Origin: a virus
Lineage: Duplodnaviria; Caudoviricetes
Length of the DNA stretch: 44,035 nt
Virus record (IMG/VR): IMGVR_UViG_3300025530_000020
Span: 1-44,035 of that record
Strand: one strand, 5' to 3'
Below, one piece after another: positions 9,977-19,411 of this stretch. Numbering within the stretch: the first letter of the stretch is position 1; each line of letters opens with the position of its first letter. The translations under genes and the position numbers were made by a program. A model generated the notes under the pieces. That model did not search any database. It was not told the DNA's origin and was given only the letters and a program-made list of their open reading frames with translations.

Positions 9977-10325
9977 CGTCCATGTACCGCCCCTCACACC
10001 CGAACTGATCCGCCACTTTCGCGCGAATCGCCTGCGGATCGGTGTGTTTCGAGCCGTATTCGAGGATATGCGCATGCCTTGCCTTGTTGATCACGCGGCG
10101 TACCGGTCTGCGCTTGCTGTCCGTGAACGCTTCCCGCTCGAACGACTTCACATACTCTCTGGTGTCGACCGGCGAGATCGACACCCAGAAGTTCTCGACG
10201 TCATCCGCGCGGGAATTCAGTTGTGACTCAATTTCACTGCCGTACTCGCGATAGATGTCGTCAACAGTGAAACCAAGACGGTCCAGCGCGTCGCGCAACG
10301 CTGGCTCGTCCTCCCACGACGCCAT
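9969..10325 (-). CDS. HK97 gp10-like neck protein
   Basis: SPVDT..Y and AHILEYGS motifs, plus synteny. Confidence 0.75.
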   Translation of the reverse strand: MASWEDEPALRDALDRLGFTVDDIYREYGSEIESQLNSRADDVENFWVSISPVDTREYVKSFEREAFTDSKRRPVRRVINKARHAHILEYGSKHTDPQAIRAKVADQFGCEGRYMDDE

Positions 10326-10543
10326 CAGGACTTCTTCTTATCCTCCGGCGCCGCAGCGGGTTTAGCCACCGGCTGAGGCTGCGGCGCAACTGACTGCACC
10401 GGCTCCACGTAGCCACTGCTCACCAGCTGCTGCGCCTCAGCGCTGTTCGGAATATCGATAACCTCACCGACTTTGCGGAAATGCTTGACAGACTTGCCAT
10501 CTGCGGCAGTCACGACAACCGGAGCGATCACACGGTAACGCAT
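10325..10543 (-). CDS. Small hypothetical virion-associated protein
   Basis: 72 aa with GGAG RBS. GEVIDI..AEAQQLVSSGYVEPV pattern is common in head-tail modules. Confidence 0.65.
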   Translation of the reverse strand: MRYRVIAPVVVTAADGKSVKHFRKVGEVIDIPNSAEAQQLVSSGYVEPVQSVAPQPQPVAKPAAAPEDKKKS

Positions 10544-10565
10544 CGTTATTGAATCTCCTTACCAG

Positions 10566-10913
10566 CTACGCGATTTGCGTTTGCTGCCTCTTACACATGA
10601 CGGTGACCTTGAATAGCTGACCGGAAGCATCGGTGAACGGTCGCATACCGCCATCCACCTCATAGATGATTCCGTTGTGCTGAATTTGACTGTCCGCCTT
10701 GATAGCCAGAATGTCCGGCACAGGCGGGGCTGTCAGTTTCCATGTCTCCGACGCGCGGTCGGTCAACGCCACCTGCTCCTGAGCGTTTAGCGGCCTGAAC
10801 CGAACGCCCGCAACGGTTTTCCATTCGCTGTAGCCGACCGGCACACCCCAATCGTCTGTTGCGGCGTTCTCGCCGGTCAGCCGGTGCCTAACCTGAATCG
10901 AATCGTTGAGCAT
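10566..10913 (-). CDS. Head-to-tail stopper
   Basis: Synteny after the adaptor. DDWG and YEVDG motifs. Confidence 0.75.
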   Translation of the reverse strand: MLNDSIQVRHRLTGENAATDDWGVPVGYSEWKTVAGVRFRPLNAQEQVALTDRASETWKLTAPPVPDILAIKADSQIQHNGIIYEVDGGMRPFTDASGQLFKVTVMCKRQQTQIA

Positions 10914-11497
10914 CAGTGCGGCAACAGAATTCGATACGGCTCCACCAGCCGCTCATTGATGACTCGCTCAGCGAAATCACCAGCACGCGGGTCGAACCAT
11001 TCACGCTTCACATCGTCAACGTCATAGCGCTTCAAGCCACCGACGCTCACATTGCCCTTGGTCTGCGCAAAGCGATCAACGGCGTCGAGCACGGCAAGCC
11101 TGAAATCCGCCGCGTCCTCCTCGTCAAAACCATGAGTCATTTCGACGACGATATTGCTGTAACCCATCGCCCACACGCCACCGCTGCGCTTACGCAACCG
11201 TACCGGCGTGCGCTTCCCGGCGTTGTACGCCGAAGCGACCAATCCGCTCACGTCGAGCGAATGCCCGTTTTCCTCAACGGATTTCAACTCGACGAGATAC
11301 ATGGTCGGCAACACGAGAATGCGTGAACCCTCCCCGTCGAAAACCAATGTCTCGTCACGGGGAGGGGTCACGTGCCATTCGCAGTAGTTGCGCACAGCCG
11401 CCAACGCGTAATCGAGCAGCCGCTGAGTCTCAGGGTCGTCAGCAGGCAGCCGATTGTTCGTGTAGTCGGCCACGTCCTGCGGGGTTAGTTCAGCCAC
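10913..11497 (-). CDS. Head-to-tail adaptor
   Basis: AVRNYCEWHVTP..DGEGSRILVLPT..V.MTHGF pattern, plus synteny. Confidence 0.8.
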   Translation of the reverse strand: MAELTPQDVADYTNNRLPADDPETQRLLDYALAAVRNYCEWHVTPPRDETLVFDGEGSRILVLPTMYLVELKSVEENGHSLDVSGLVASAYNAGKRTPVRLRKRSGGVWAMGYSNIVVEMTHGFDEEDAADFRLAVLDAVDRFAQTKGNVSVGGLKRYDVDDVKREWFDPRAGDFAERVINERLVEPYRILLPH

Positions 11498-11516
11498 AGC
11501 GGTTTTCGCGCTCCGA

Positions 11517-11936
11517 CTAGGCCCGCTTCACCGGCGACGACGAAGCTCCGTTAGCCACCGCCACAGCCGACAATGTACCGCCGGAGCTAGTGTCTTCAGC
11601 GGTCACAACAACGCGCACATAGCGGAAACCGGCTGGGATATAACCGACTTCAGCCACAGCATCGTCGTCGTCGCTTCCGAACTCGGGCAGCTCACCCTGA
11701 ATTCGGTTCTCCGGCACTTCTTCCCAATCGGTGCCGTTGTCCGATTCCTCAAGCTTCACCGAGTAGGTGCCGTCGGTGATGGTTCCGGTCTGGAACACGA
11801 ACAGCACCGAATCGCGAAAAGCGTTCTGATTCTTCAGAAGATCAACAGCCGTGCCGTTCACATCGCCGTCGGCGGTAACGTTTGTGATCTTCAGCGCCTC
11901 GTAGACGAGAGCGTGAGTGTAGAGGGTATACCTCAT
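11517..11936 (-). CDS. Hypothetical beta-rich virion protein (possible capsid decoration)
   Basis: 139 aa, two genes after the capsid gene. VKLEESDNGTDW..RYVRVVVT pattern. Confidence 0.55.
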   Translation of the reverse strand: MRYTLYTHALVYEALKITNVTADGDVNGTAVDLLKNQNAFRDSVLFVFQTGTITDGTYSVKLEESDNGTDWEEVPENRIQGELPEFGSDDDDAVAEVGYIPAGFRYVRVVVTAEDTSSGGTLSAVAVANGASSSPVKRA

Positions 11937-12269
11937 TTAACCTTTCACCCCCAATTCACCCCCAACGATTTTCGATGACGAACCGCCGCCACCCTTGTGG
12001 TGCAGAGGTTTACGAGGGGCTGACAGAGACCGACGCTCGTCCGGCTCACTCGTCGCCGTCTCCGTCTTCGGCGCAGCCTTCACCGGCTGCGTACGCTGCT
12101 GCGCGCGCTCAACGGTGCGCTCAACAGTCTCGAACATCTTTTCCCGACCCTTGACGACCGAATCGTCGTGCTGCACAAGCGTTCCGCGCTTCATCACTGC
12201 CGTGGAACCATCAGGCCGGGTATATGCGAATGAACTCTTCGCTCGTAACACAGTCATGTTGTGTGGCAA
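11937..12269 (-). CDS. Hypothetical protein following capsid
   Basis: ORF in the operon. ETATSEPDERR motif. Start could be TTG 12269 or ATG 12257. Confidence 0.6.
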   Translation of the reverse strand: MPHNMTVLRAKSSFAYTRPDGSTAVMKRGTLVQHDDSVVKGREKMFETVERTVERAQQRTQPVKAAPKTETATSEPDERRSLSAPRKPLHHKGGGGSSSKIVGGELGVKG

Positions 12270-12288
12270 GCCTTTCCGAGAATAGACA

Positions 12289-12327
12289 GGGAGGCTGAGG
12301 GACCGTTTGCCAATCCCTCAGCCTCCC
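12289..12327 (-). terminator. Stem-loop after capsid gene (14-bp stem, 11-nt loop), terminator or attenuator
   Basis: GGGAGGCTGAGGGA pairs with TCCCTCAGCCTCCC, just after the capsid stop. Weakly U-rich tail. Confidence 0.65.
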
Positions 12328-12334
12328 AAAGGGA

Positions 12335-13903
12335 CTAGGTGACGTTCAGCAGACGGAACGCGTTGGTGTTCACAACGTCCGCGCCAACCCGGTAGTAGGC
12401 GTACCAGCCGCGCTGCCCGGTCGGGAACCCGTTCGTGGTGCCGAACAGGTGCGGAATGAACTCGACAGCCATGCCGAGCCGGTCAGTGATCACGTAGTTC
12501 TCGAAATCGCCGAACACCAGCACGTAGTTGTCCTGCGACGTGTTGATCACCCCGTCCATGGCCTCAGCCTCAAGTGCGCTGCGGCCCAACAGCATTGCGG
12601 GACGATCAGCGGACAGGTCGGTCCACAGTGAGCCGCCGTAGTCCTCGTTGAACTGCCGAATCAGGTTGTAGATCAGGTTGTTCGCGAGCCACGCGGCGTT
12701 CGCGCGGTGCCGCGCGGGCAGCGCTCCCTGAATCTTGTACACATCGGCGAGATCAAACGTGTCCGTGGTGTCCGACGGCAGAACCACAGTAGCGCCAGCG
12801 GATTTCAGCTTGGTGATCAGGCCGGTCGGCTGACCCGAGCCGGTGCCGTTGATCAGCGCATCGGCCTCAAGGTCCGTCTTGCCACCGGCAAGCAGACGAC
12901 CGACCTCCTGCGCGACATTCGCCTCATCGGCAAGTGCCTCAATGGAAATCGGCACGAACCCGTCTGCCTTGTAGTTCGGGATCGTCGGCTGACTGAAGGT
13001 CGGCGCACCATCGGTGGCCTCGGATTCCTCAGCCGCCCAACGCCACTGGACATGCGACGAGGCAACGCCGTGCCACACATCGCCGGTCGCCACAACCTGC
13101 CGCGCAACCTGGCGGATGTCGTTGCGCACACCGCCGGACAGGATGATCAGCGTCGGGTCCAGCTGGAACGGAACGAGATAGCCACCCTTGGCGTCGGTCA
13201 GCGTGATCGACCGGAACCGGTCGACCTCAGCCAGCGCACGCTGTTCCTCAACGGTCAGCGTGTTCGCCCGGTTGCACGCCATCTTCGCCCACGCACGCAT
13301 ATAGGCAGGCTTCGAGGTATGCAGGATGAACTGCGCGATCTTCGCGTCGCGAGTGTCGAACTTCTCCAGCATATCCGTTGCGGCAGAACGGATTCGGTCG
13401 CTGGCGCCCTGCATCTTCTCAATCGCCGACAGCGCGCGCGAACGCAGCTCCTGCGACACATCGGACGGGTCACGCCCGAAAGTGCGAACCTCACTCAGAT
13501 CCCACGGATCACGGAATCGGCAGTCCTCCACCGAATCCGGGTGCAGAATCGGGTCACGGTCGTACTCGTCGCTGCGCGAACCCGTTGTGCTGCCAGGAAT
13601 CAGGCGCAATCCGCGAATCGACTTGTCCACGTTCTCGGCAGCCCGATTGATCCGAGCCAGTTCATGCTTGCGCTCAAGGCGCTTACGGTGCTCGTCGACC
13701 TCGTCGAACTCATCGCGAAGTTCGATGAAGTACGCCTCGTCCTCCGGGGTGAGGCGATCAAGTTCGTTGAGCCGCTGCATTTCTGCACGAATCTCATGCA
13801 GACGGTTCACGGCCTGCGAATGGGTCAGGGTCGGCCCAGCCGAGCGGCGCTCGTCGTCGTGACCCTGATCGCCGCCGTCATTGACCGGCAGGTCTTCAGG
13901 CAT
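12335..13903 (-). CDS. Major capsid protein (HK97 family) with N-terminal delta domain
   Basis: Coiled-coil N-terminus. GGYLVP, GTGSGQPTG, FGDFENYVITDRLG and YYRVGADVVNTNAF motifs. Confidence 0.95.
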   Translation of the reverse strand: MPEDLPVNDGGDQGHDDERRSAGPTLTHSQAVNRLHEIRAEMQRLNELDRLTPEDEAYFIELRDEFDEVDEHRKRLERKHELARINRAAENVDKSIRGLRLIPGSTTGSRSDEYDRDPILHPDSVEDCRFRDPWDLSEVRTFGRDPSDVSQELRSRALSAIEKMQGASDRIRSAATDMLEKFDTRDAKIAQFILHTSKPAYMRAWAKMACNRANTLTVEEQRALAEVDRFRSITLTDAKGGYLVPFQLDPTLIILSGGVRNDIRQVARQVVATGDVWHGVASSHVQWRWAAEESEATDGAPTFSQPTIPNYKADGFVPISIEALADEANVAQEVGRLLAGGKTDLEADALINGTGSGQPTGLITKLKSAGATVVLPSDTTDTFDLADVYKIQGALPARHRANAAWLANNLIYNLIRQFNEDYGGSLWTDLSADRPAMLLGRSALEAEAMDGVINTSQDNYVLVFGDFENYVITDRLGMAVEFIPHLFGTTNGFPTGQRGWYAYYRVGADVVNTNAFRLLNVT

Positions 13904-14954
13904 CGTTACCTCCGATTGGATTGATGGACATCAACACTTTTCGTGAACGCACCAGTTCGCGAGCAATCGTTGTCTTGGTAATACGTTCACGCGGTTGCGG
14001 TTTCGACGGGTGCTTACCGGCTGACAGGGAATCACGCTGGCGCACAGCGCGTTCGCGGTGACCCTGATCAGTGGATCGCGGCGCGTCACTACCTCTCGCT
14101 GAGGGCGACGACGGGTGCTCCCCGGCGGTGTCGCGTGAAGCCACTTGCGCGGACTGCTGTTCCGCGCTGGCCTCCGGCACCGTGGCTTGCGGCGCGTCGT
14201 CCGACCTCGACTGTGTTTCCCTGGACTTGCCCACAGCAGGCATCGCCCAAAGTTTACGTGCCAACGCAACGCGCGTCTCGGGATCGCGGTCAAGCTCCGC
14301 AAGATCGATCACCTGCTTGCCGCGAACACTCACCGACGTCTCGCTGTACGCTGGCCAAACCACCGGCCCCATCTCGGGAACCCGAAGCTCCTGCAACGTC
14401 CGAATCGGCAACTCTTCCTCCGGAACATCGCCGCTCCACGTACGTCGCAACTCGCTCAACAACTCGTCCTCGTCGCGAATTACCTTGCCGTCAGCGGTCT
14501 CCCACTTCTCACGCACAACCGAAAAGCGGAAACTCATGCCGCGCACAGCTTTAGCGGCGATAGCCTCCCGCAACGGCTCAAAAAACAAGTGCCGGAATAT
14601 ATCAGCGACGATATGCGCACCACCCTCAGGCGCCAGCTCCGGGTCCACTTCCTCGCGCGCGAAACGGAGGTTCGCAATCGGGAACGATCCGATCAGCGGG
14701 TGGCGACCGTGGTCGAACTGCACAATTGGCGGATTCTCCCGGAACGACTTCCGCATCGCGCCGGGCGCAATACGTTCACGGAACACGCCTTCCCAGCTGT
14801 CGATGACAGTCATGCGATTGAACACAGCGCCGTAGCCGTCGAGGGTCCAGCCGTCGCCTTCGATCTCGCTATCGCCGTTGTCCCGCAACGCAAAAGGCGC
14901 CTGTCTGATACCGCTCCCCGCAGGGACCGCGCTGCGACGTTCGATCTCGCTCAA
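13896..14954 (-). CDS. Prohead maturation protease (HK97 type)
   Basis: GYGAVFN, FRERIAPGA, FDHG, GMSFRF and GPVVWPAY motifs. Confidence 0.92.
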   Translation of the reverse strand: MSEIERRSAVPAGSGIRQAPFALRDNGDSEIEGDGWTLDGYGAVFNRMTVIDSWEGVFRERIAPGAMRKSFRENPPIVQFDHGRHPLIGSFPIANLRFAREEVDPELAPEGGAHIVADIFRHLFFEPLREAIAAKAVRGMSFRFSVVREKWETADGKVIRDEDELLSELRRTWSGDVPEEELPIRTLQELRVPEMGPVVWPAYSETSVSVRGKQVIDLAELDRDPETRVALARKLWAMPAVGKSRETQSRSDDAPQATVPEASAEQQSAQVASRDTAGEHPSSPSARGSDAPRSTDQGHRERAVRQRDSLSAGKHPSKPQPRERITKTTIARELVRSRKVLMSINPIGGNDA

Positions 14955-16390
14955 CGGACAATCCTCCCATTGGTCGGGGCCAAAGCCCGATTCCGTTGCG
15001 GCTCATCATCATCCTGCTTACCCGTGCCCGGCTGCGAACCCGGCTCCATAAGCTGCACACTGGTCAACCCTGTGTGCTCAAGCAGCCGCCAATCCTGTGC
15101 CGTAACGGCTTTCACAACGGACTCCGGCGTGTATCCAGCAGTGATCAACTTGTTGATCGTCTCTGCCTCAATCTGCGCGATTTCGGCTGCATCCTTCTCG
15201 TCCTCGCGCAGGAACGGCACACCCGTGGCGTCGTACCACAGCCGGTGCATACCGCGCCGACGAGGCTTCGGCATGATCACTTCCAAGCTGCCAGCAGCGT
15301 TCTCCCACAACGGATGCATCGTCGCATCGGCGAACTTACGACGAGCCTGCCCGAAGTTCGAGTAGGTGGCGTTCGCCAAACCCTCTGAGAAACCGGCGAT
15401 TACAGGCGGAACACCAGCCGCTGCGGCGATACGCGTCTCGCCAGCGCCGCGAACCTCCTTGAAGTCCACCTGCCGCAGCGTGGCGCCGACAGGCACAGGG
15501 TCCGCGCCGGGCGCCAAATGCAGTGTCTTGTAAGCGTTGTCGACACCTGTGTGGCGTTCTTCCAGGAGCTCCTTGAACGCCTTGATCTTTTCCAGCGTCA
15601 TTCCCGGCTGGTACTTCACGATCATGTTCGGCGTAGCGCCCTGATCGAAGAACTTTCGTTGATGCCGAGTCATCGCGTGATCGGCCCACACCTCGCGCAA
15701 AACCGGTGTAAGCCAAGACATTCCGCGATACGACGCCAGCGGGTCCGGCACCGGCGCGAAATGCGCAACCTCGTCTACGTCGAGGAACACCGGCTCCGAC
15801 TCACCGCTGTTGACACCACCCTCTTGGTAGATGTAACCGACTCTGCGGTAACCGATTTGGCCGCCACCGACAGCACCGGGACCACCGTACACAGCACGAG
15901 GCTCCAACACGATATGCACCCAATCGGGACGCAGCCGCACCAGCTCATCGCCGTTGCGCATGATATACGCGTTACCGGCAAGATCGGCGTCAAGGATCAT
16001 CGCCACCAGCAAGTCCTGCGTCGTGCCGCCGCTCCAAGGACGTTGCAGCAGACGAAGACTCGGATCGTCGGCCCACAGATCGGATGGCTTGCCGTCAATG
16101 ATGTTCTGCCACATAAAACGCACCGACGAGAACACCAGCATTCGCACCATCTCGCACGCGAACACCGGCCCGCTTGCCGCGTACGCGTTCGTGGCCAAAC
16201 CGACGAACGTGGACGAGGGAGGCTCCGTCGTCTCACCGCCAAGCGATTGCTGAACGGCGCCTCCGGTGAACAAATGCCCAAAACCGTTGTAGAAGAACTG
16301 GTTATACAGGCTGATGTAGTCATCCACCGACCCGAAATCACGGCTACTCTCGCCGAGCAACCGGCCACGGATACGTTCTAACAGGTTCAC
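14951..16390 (-). CDS. Portal protein (HK97 family)
   Basis: LAGNAY, LRPDWV, GMSWL, IAAAAGVPP and ATYSN motifs. Follows terL. Confidence 0.93.
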   Translation of the reverse strand: MNLLERIRGRLLGESSRDFGSVDDYISLYNQFFYNGFGHLFTGGAVQQSLGGETTEPPSSTFVGLATNAYAASGPVFACEMVRMLVFSSVRFMWQNIIDGKPSDLWADDPSLRLLQRPWSGGTTQDLLVAMILDADLAGNAYIMRNGDELVRLRPDWVHIVLEPRAVYGGPGAVGGGQIGYRRVGYIYQEGGVNSGESEPVFLDVDEVAHFAPVPDPLASYRGMSWLTPVLREVWADHAMTRHQRKFFDQGATPNMIVKYQPGMTLEKIKAFKELLEERHTGVDNAYKTLHLAPGADPVPVGATLRQVDFKEVRGAGETRIAAAAGVPPVIAGFSEGLANATYSNFGQARRKFADATMHPLWENAAGSLEVIMPKPRRRGMHRLWYDATGVPFLREDEKDAAEIAQIEAETINKLITAGYTPESVVKAVTAQDWRLLEHTGLTSVQLMEPGSQPGTGKQDDDEPQRNRALAPTNGRIVR

Positions 16391-16394
16391 AGCC

Positions 16395-16601
16395 TCAGAC
16401 CGACCTCAACATCGGACCATTACCGTCGTTGCCTTTTCCCGTGCCGCCCTTGTTTTTTGGGTCGTACAACAGACCCGACACGAGCAGCACCAGGCCCCCA
16501 CCGACGATCAGACCGGCGGCGACACCGAAGTGCAGAACAACTCCGGTGATAATCGCCGCCAACCCGACTACCGCCAGCAGCCCAGACATGTTGTTGATCA
16601 C
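16395..16601 (-). CDS. Small two-TM membrane protein between terL and portal
   Basis: Hydrophobic stretch LLAVVGLAAIITGVVLHFGVAAGLIVGGGLVLLV. Preceded by the CAACAAGATTGGAG RBS motif. Confidence 0.7.
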   Translation of the reverse strand: MINNMSGLLAVVGLAAIITGVVLHFGVAAGLIVGGGLVLLVSGLLYDPKNKGGTGKGNDGNGPMLRSV

Positions 16602-16626
16602 CACTCTCCAATCTTGTTGCGCCACA

Positions 16627-18450
16627 TCACATGTACAAGCCCCACACTTCGCTGTCGTCCGGCGCGTTCGCCAGCGCACGACCCAAAGCCATGATCAGCG
16701 CCACAACGCCGTCGATCTTGTCGCCCGCATTCACTTTGTCCGGCTTCACATTCCCCGCCGGGTCCATCTGGACAGCGAAATTGTCGATCATCCAACGCAA
16801 CACGGGATTGCCGCCGTGCCGGATGATCGGCCTGACCGGGTGCCCATCCTCGTCGAGCTGCGCACCCATTTTCACCAAACGTTGAAAATCCTTGGTAGGC
16901 GCAGACATTGACGCATAACCCTGCCGCATCATTACCATCGGTGCGCCATCGTTCACCAAGTCATTCACCAATTCCTGCGCGTGCCAAGGGTCGTACGCAA
17001 TCTCGGCAACCTCGAACGTCGACAAATCCTCGTCAATCTGCTTCTTGATGAAGCGGTAGTCCGTGACATTGCCCGGCGTCGTGCGCAACCAACCCTGCGG
17101 AACCCATTCAGTAGACGCAGCATTCGCGGTCCGGTCGTCGAGGTTCACCAGATTCTCCTCCGGCGTCCAGAACCTCGCCAGCACATCGAACGCGCCGTCA
17201 TCCATGTCCGGGAACACCCACACCAGAGCCGTCAAGTCACTCGTCGAACCAAGGTCCAGCCCGCCATAACACAACGCTCCCTTGAGCTTTCGAGCGTCGA
17301 CCATCGCGGCGTTGACATCCCAATCCTCGACATCGATGAACCGGAACTCCTGCTTCGTGCGAATTCCCAAGTGCAGCCGCAGATATCGCGCCAACGCAGC
17401 CGGTGACTCCTTCGCCTTCTCGGCCTCGCCGAGCAAGTAACGCTTCGTCGGGCTGATACCGAAGCCAGGATTGGCACTCTTGATCGTCTTGATCGAAAAC
17501 GGGTCGAAATCAGGCGATTTCGCGTCCGCAGCGAACACAACACCGTAGGTGGTCGGGTCTTTCAGCACACCGCTCGCCAGCTTCTCAATGCGGTCACGCT
17601 TCACGTCATACGGCGTATGACGCTTACCGGCGTCCGCCGTCGTGATGTACATGATCAGCGGCTGAGTCCTTGAGCCAGTACCTGTTTCGAGCGCGTCGAT
17701 CAACGTCATCTCCTTGTGCAGATGAAGTTCGTCGACGATGCCGCAGTGAATATCCGCACCGTGCTGCGCATCTCCCGCATTGGCGACAGGCTGAAAATAC
17801 GAGCCGCTAGCGGGGTGAAGAATCTTGTACTTGTAGGGCTTCAGGTACGCACGCAGACCAGACTTGAGCACAAGCTGTCGCATCGGCTCGAACACGAACG
17901 AAGCCTGATCCTTTGTCGTTGCGGCACTCAGCACTTGGGCACCGTGCTCACCATCGGCGCCAGTCATGTACAGCCCGATACCACCGGCAAGGGTGGTTTT
18001 CCCGTTCTTACGTGGCAGGTCCACGTACATCAACGTGATCACGCGAACCCATTCGCCCGTATCCGGCGACTTCGTGATCCAACCCGCCCACGGTGCAATG
18101 ACATACGCAACCTGCCACGGGTCAGGCTCGAACACGTGACCGGCCATATGACCCTTGGTGTGCCGCAGCTGCCGAAAGCTGTTGATCACCTTGTCAACCC
18201 GCTCAGGATCGAACCGATAGCCGCGCGCCGCAGACACTTTCACATAGCCCGGCTCCGGCGTCTTAATCAACGGCGGACAGTCCGGCACCTTGTAGCCGCG
18301 CGACTCCATATACCACGCGACCTCCGGACTAATCTTCAACGCGTCGAGATCAGCTTCCGCCCAAGCCTTTTCGATGCTTGTCTGCCCGCTGGCGCGACGA
18401 CTAGCACTTCGCGTACCTGTGCGCGCACGACTCCGTTGACCCGCCATCAC
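16627..18450 (-). CDS. terL: Terminase large subunit
   Basis: Walker A PRKNGKT, Walker B IVDELH, nuclease motifs GGLDLG and KIDG. Confidence 0.97.
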   Translation of the reverse strand: MMAGQRSRARTGTRSASRRASGQTSIEKAWAEADLDALKISPEVAWYMESRGYKVPDCPPLIKTPEPGYVKVSAARGYRFDPERVDKVINSFRQLRHTKGHMAGHVFEPDPWQVAYVIAPWAGWITKSPDTGEWVRVITLMYVDLPRKNGKTTLAGGIGLYMTGADGEHGAQVLSAATTKDQASFVFEPMRQLVLKSGLRAYLKPYKYKILHPASGSYFQPVANAGDAQHGADIHCGIVDELHLHKEMTLIDALETGTGSRTQPLIMYITTADAGKRHTPYDVKRDRIEKLASGVLKDPTTYGVVFAADAKSPDFDPFSIKTIKSANPGFGISPTKRYLLGEAEKAKESPAALARYLRLHLGIRTKQEFRFIDVEDWDVNAAMVDARKLKGALCYGGLDLGSTSDLTALVWVFPDMDDGAFDVLARFWTPEENLVNLDDRTANAASTEWVPQGWLRTTPGNVTDYRFIKKQIDEDLSTFEVAEIAYDPWHAQELVNDLVNDGAPMVMMRQGYASMSAPTKDFQRLVKMGAQLDEDGHPVRPIIRHGGNPVLRWMIDNFAVQMDPAGNVKPDKVNAGDKIDGVVALIMALGRALANAPDDSEVWGLYM

Positions 18451-18471
18451 ACACCACTGATAGCCAAGCCC

Positions 18472-18876
18472 CTAGTCGAGCAAGTAGGCGGCGATGCTGT
18501 AAGCAATCTCATCCGCATTGTCATGCGTAACCCCGATCTGCACAACGTGCGGAAGAACCTGAGACACAGACACATTCGCGACTTCGCCGACGCCTGGGTA
18601 CACGGTCAGCACATGCGTGCCGACACTCGCCATCTCAATCGACTCCACCAGATCAAACGTGCTGTCGCTCAACACATCTACGCCAGACAGCTTAACCTTG
18701 ATCTTCGGCGAACCCTCGTCGTCGACTTCCGACACGTTCACAACAAGCTGAATACCGCTCGCCTTGTAGCCACGAAGCTGCACAGGAGCAGGAGCCTCAG
18801 TGCGCACCTCATCCGCCAGAATGATCAGCGAACGAGTCGCAGCCCCAAGATGTTTCACGATCGGTTCCTCAGACAC
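18472..18876 (-). CDS. Hypothetical beta-rich protein between terS and terL
   Basis: 134-aa ORF with GGAAGG RBS that fills the gap exactly. Confidence 0.65.
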   Translation of the reverse strand: MSEEPIVKHLGAATRSLIILADEVRTEAPAPVQLRGYKASGIQLVVNVSEVDDEGSPKIKVKLSGVDVLSDSTFDLVESIEMASVGTHVLTVYPGVGEVANVSVSQVLPHVVQIGVTHDNADEIAYSIAAYLLD

Positions 18877-18890
18877 CTTCGAATCCTTCC

Positions 18891-19361
18891 CTACGAGCCA
18901 GCGAACGGGTTGTCGGCGTTCGGCTCACCAGTACCCGTCGACGGTCCAGCCAGTCGCATTTCAGCCGAAGGCGTCAAACCGAATTCGGCGCACAACGCGC
19001 GAAACTCCTTAGCCGACTCACGCTCAACCTTCAGCCACGGCGCCTCAACGATACCCTGACTGTTCTTCCCAAGCACACCCTTCTTCTGCCGAACATCAAC
19101 AGCCTGCCGCCAGACAGCGTATGTCTCGCAAAGCATTTCAAGCGCAGGACCATCGATGTCCTTCAACAGGCCAAGTCTCGGCAGTTCCTCACACACCCGG
19201 TCCCACAGCTCAAGCGCAATGGGAGACAAGTGCTTTGGCCGCTTCGGTGGCTTGCGGGTGAACGCTGGCGGCGTCTTGATCTTCCGACCACCGCTATCGC
19301 GCCCATTGCCCCTACCTTCGATCAGCTTCAAGTTCGCATGACGAGGCTTCGGTGCTGCCAT
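18891..19361 (-). CDS. terS: Terminase small subunit (P27 family)
   Basis: ATG 19361: MAAPKPRHANLKLIEG..P.HLS..A..LW..EFGLTPSAEMRL. Confidence 0.92.
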   Translation of the reverse strand: MAAPKPRHANLKLIEGRGNGRDSGGRKIKTPPAFTRKPPKRPKHLSPIALELWDRVCEELPRLGLLKDIDGPALEMLCETYAVWRQAVDVRQKKGVLGKNSQGIVEAPWLKVERESAKEFRALCAEFGLTPSAEMRLAGPSTGTGEPNADNPFAGS

Positions 19362-19411
19362 CAGACTACAAAACCTTCCATTCTCCTTGTGCGCCAGAGC
19401 GTTTAGCCCGC

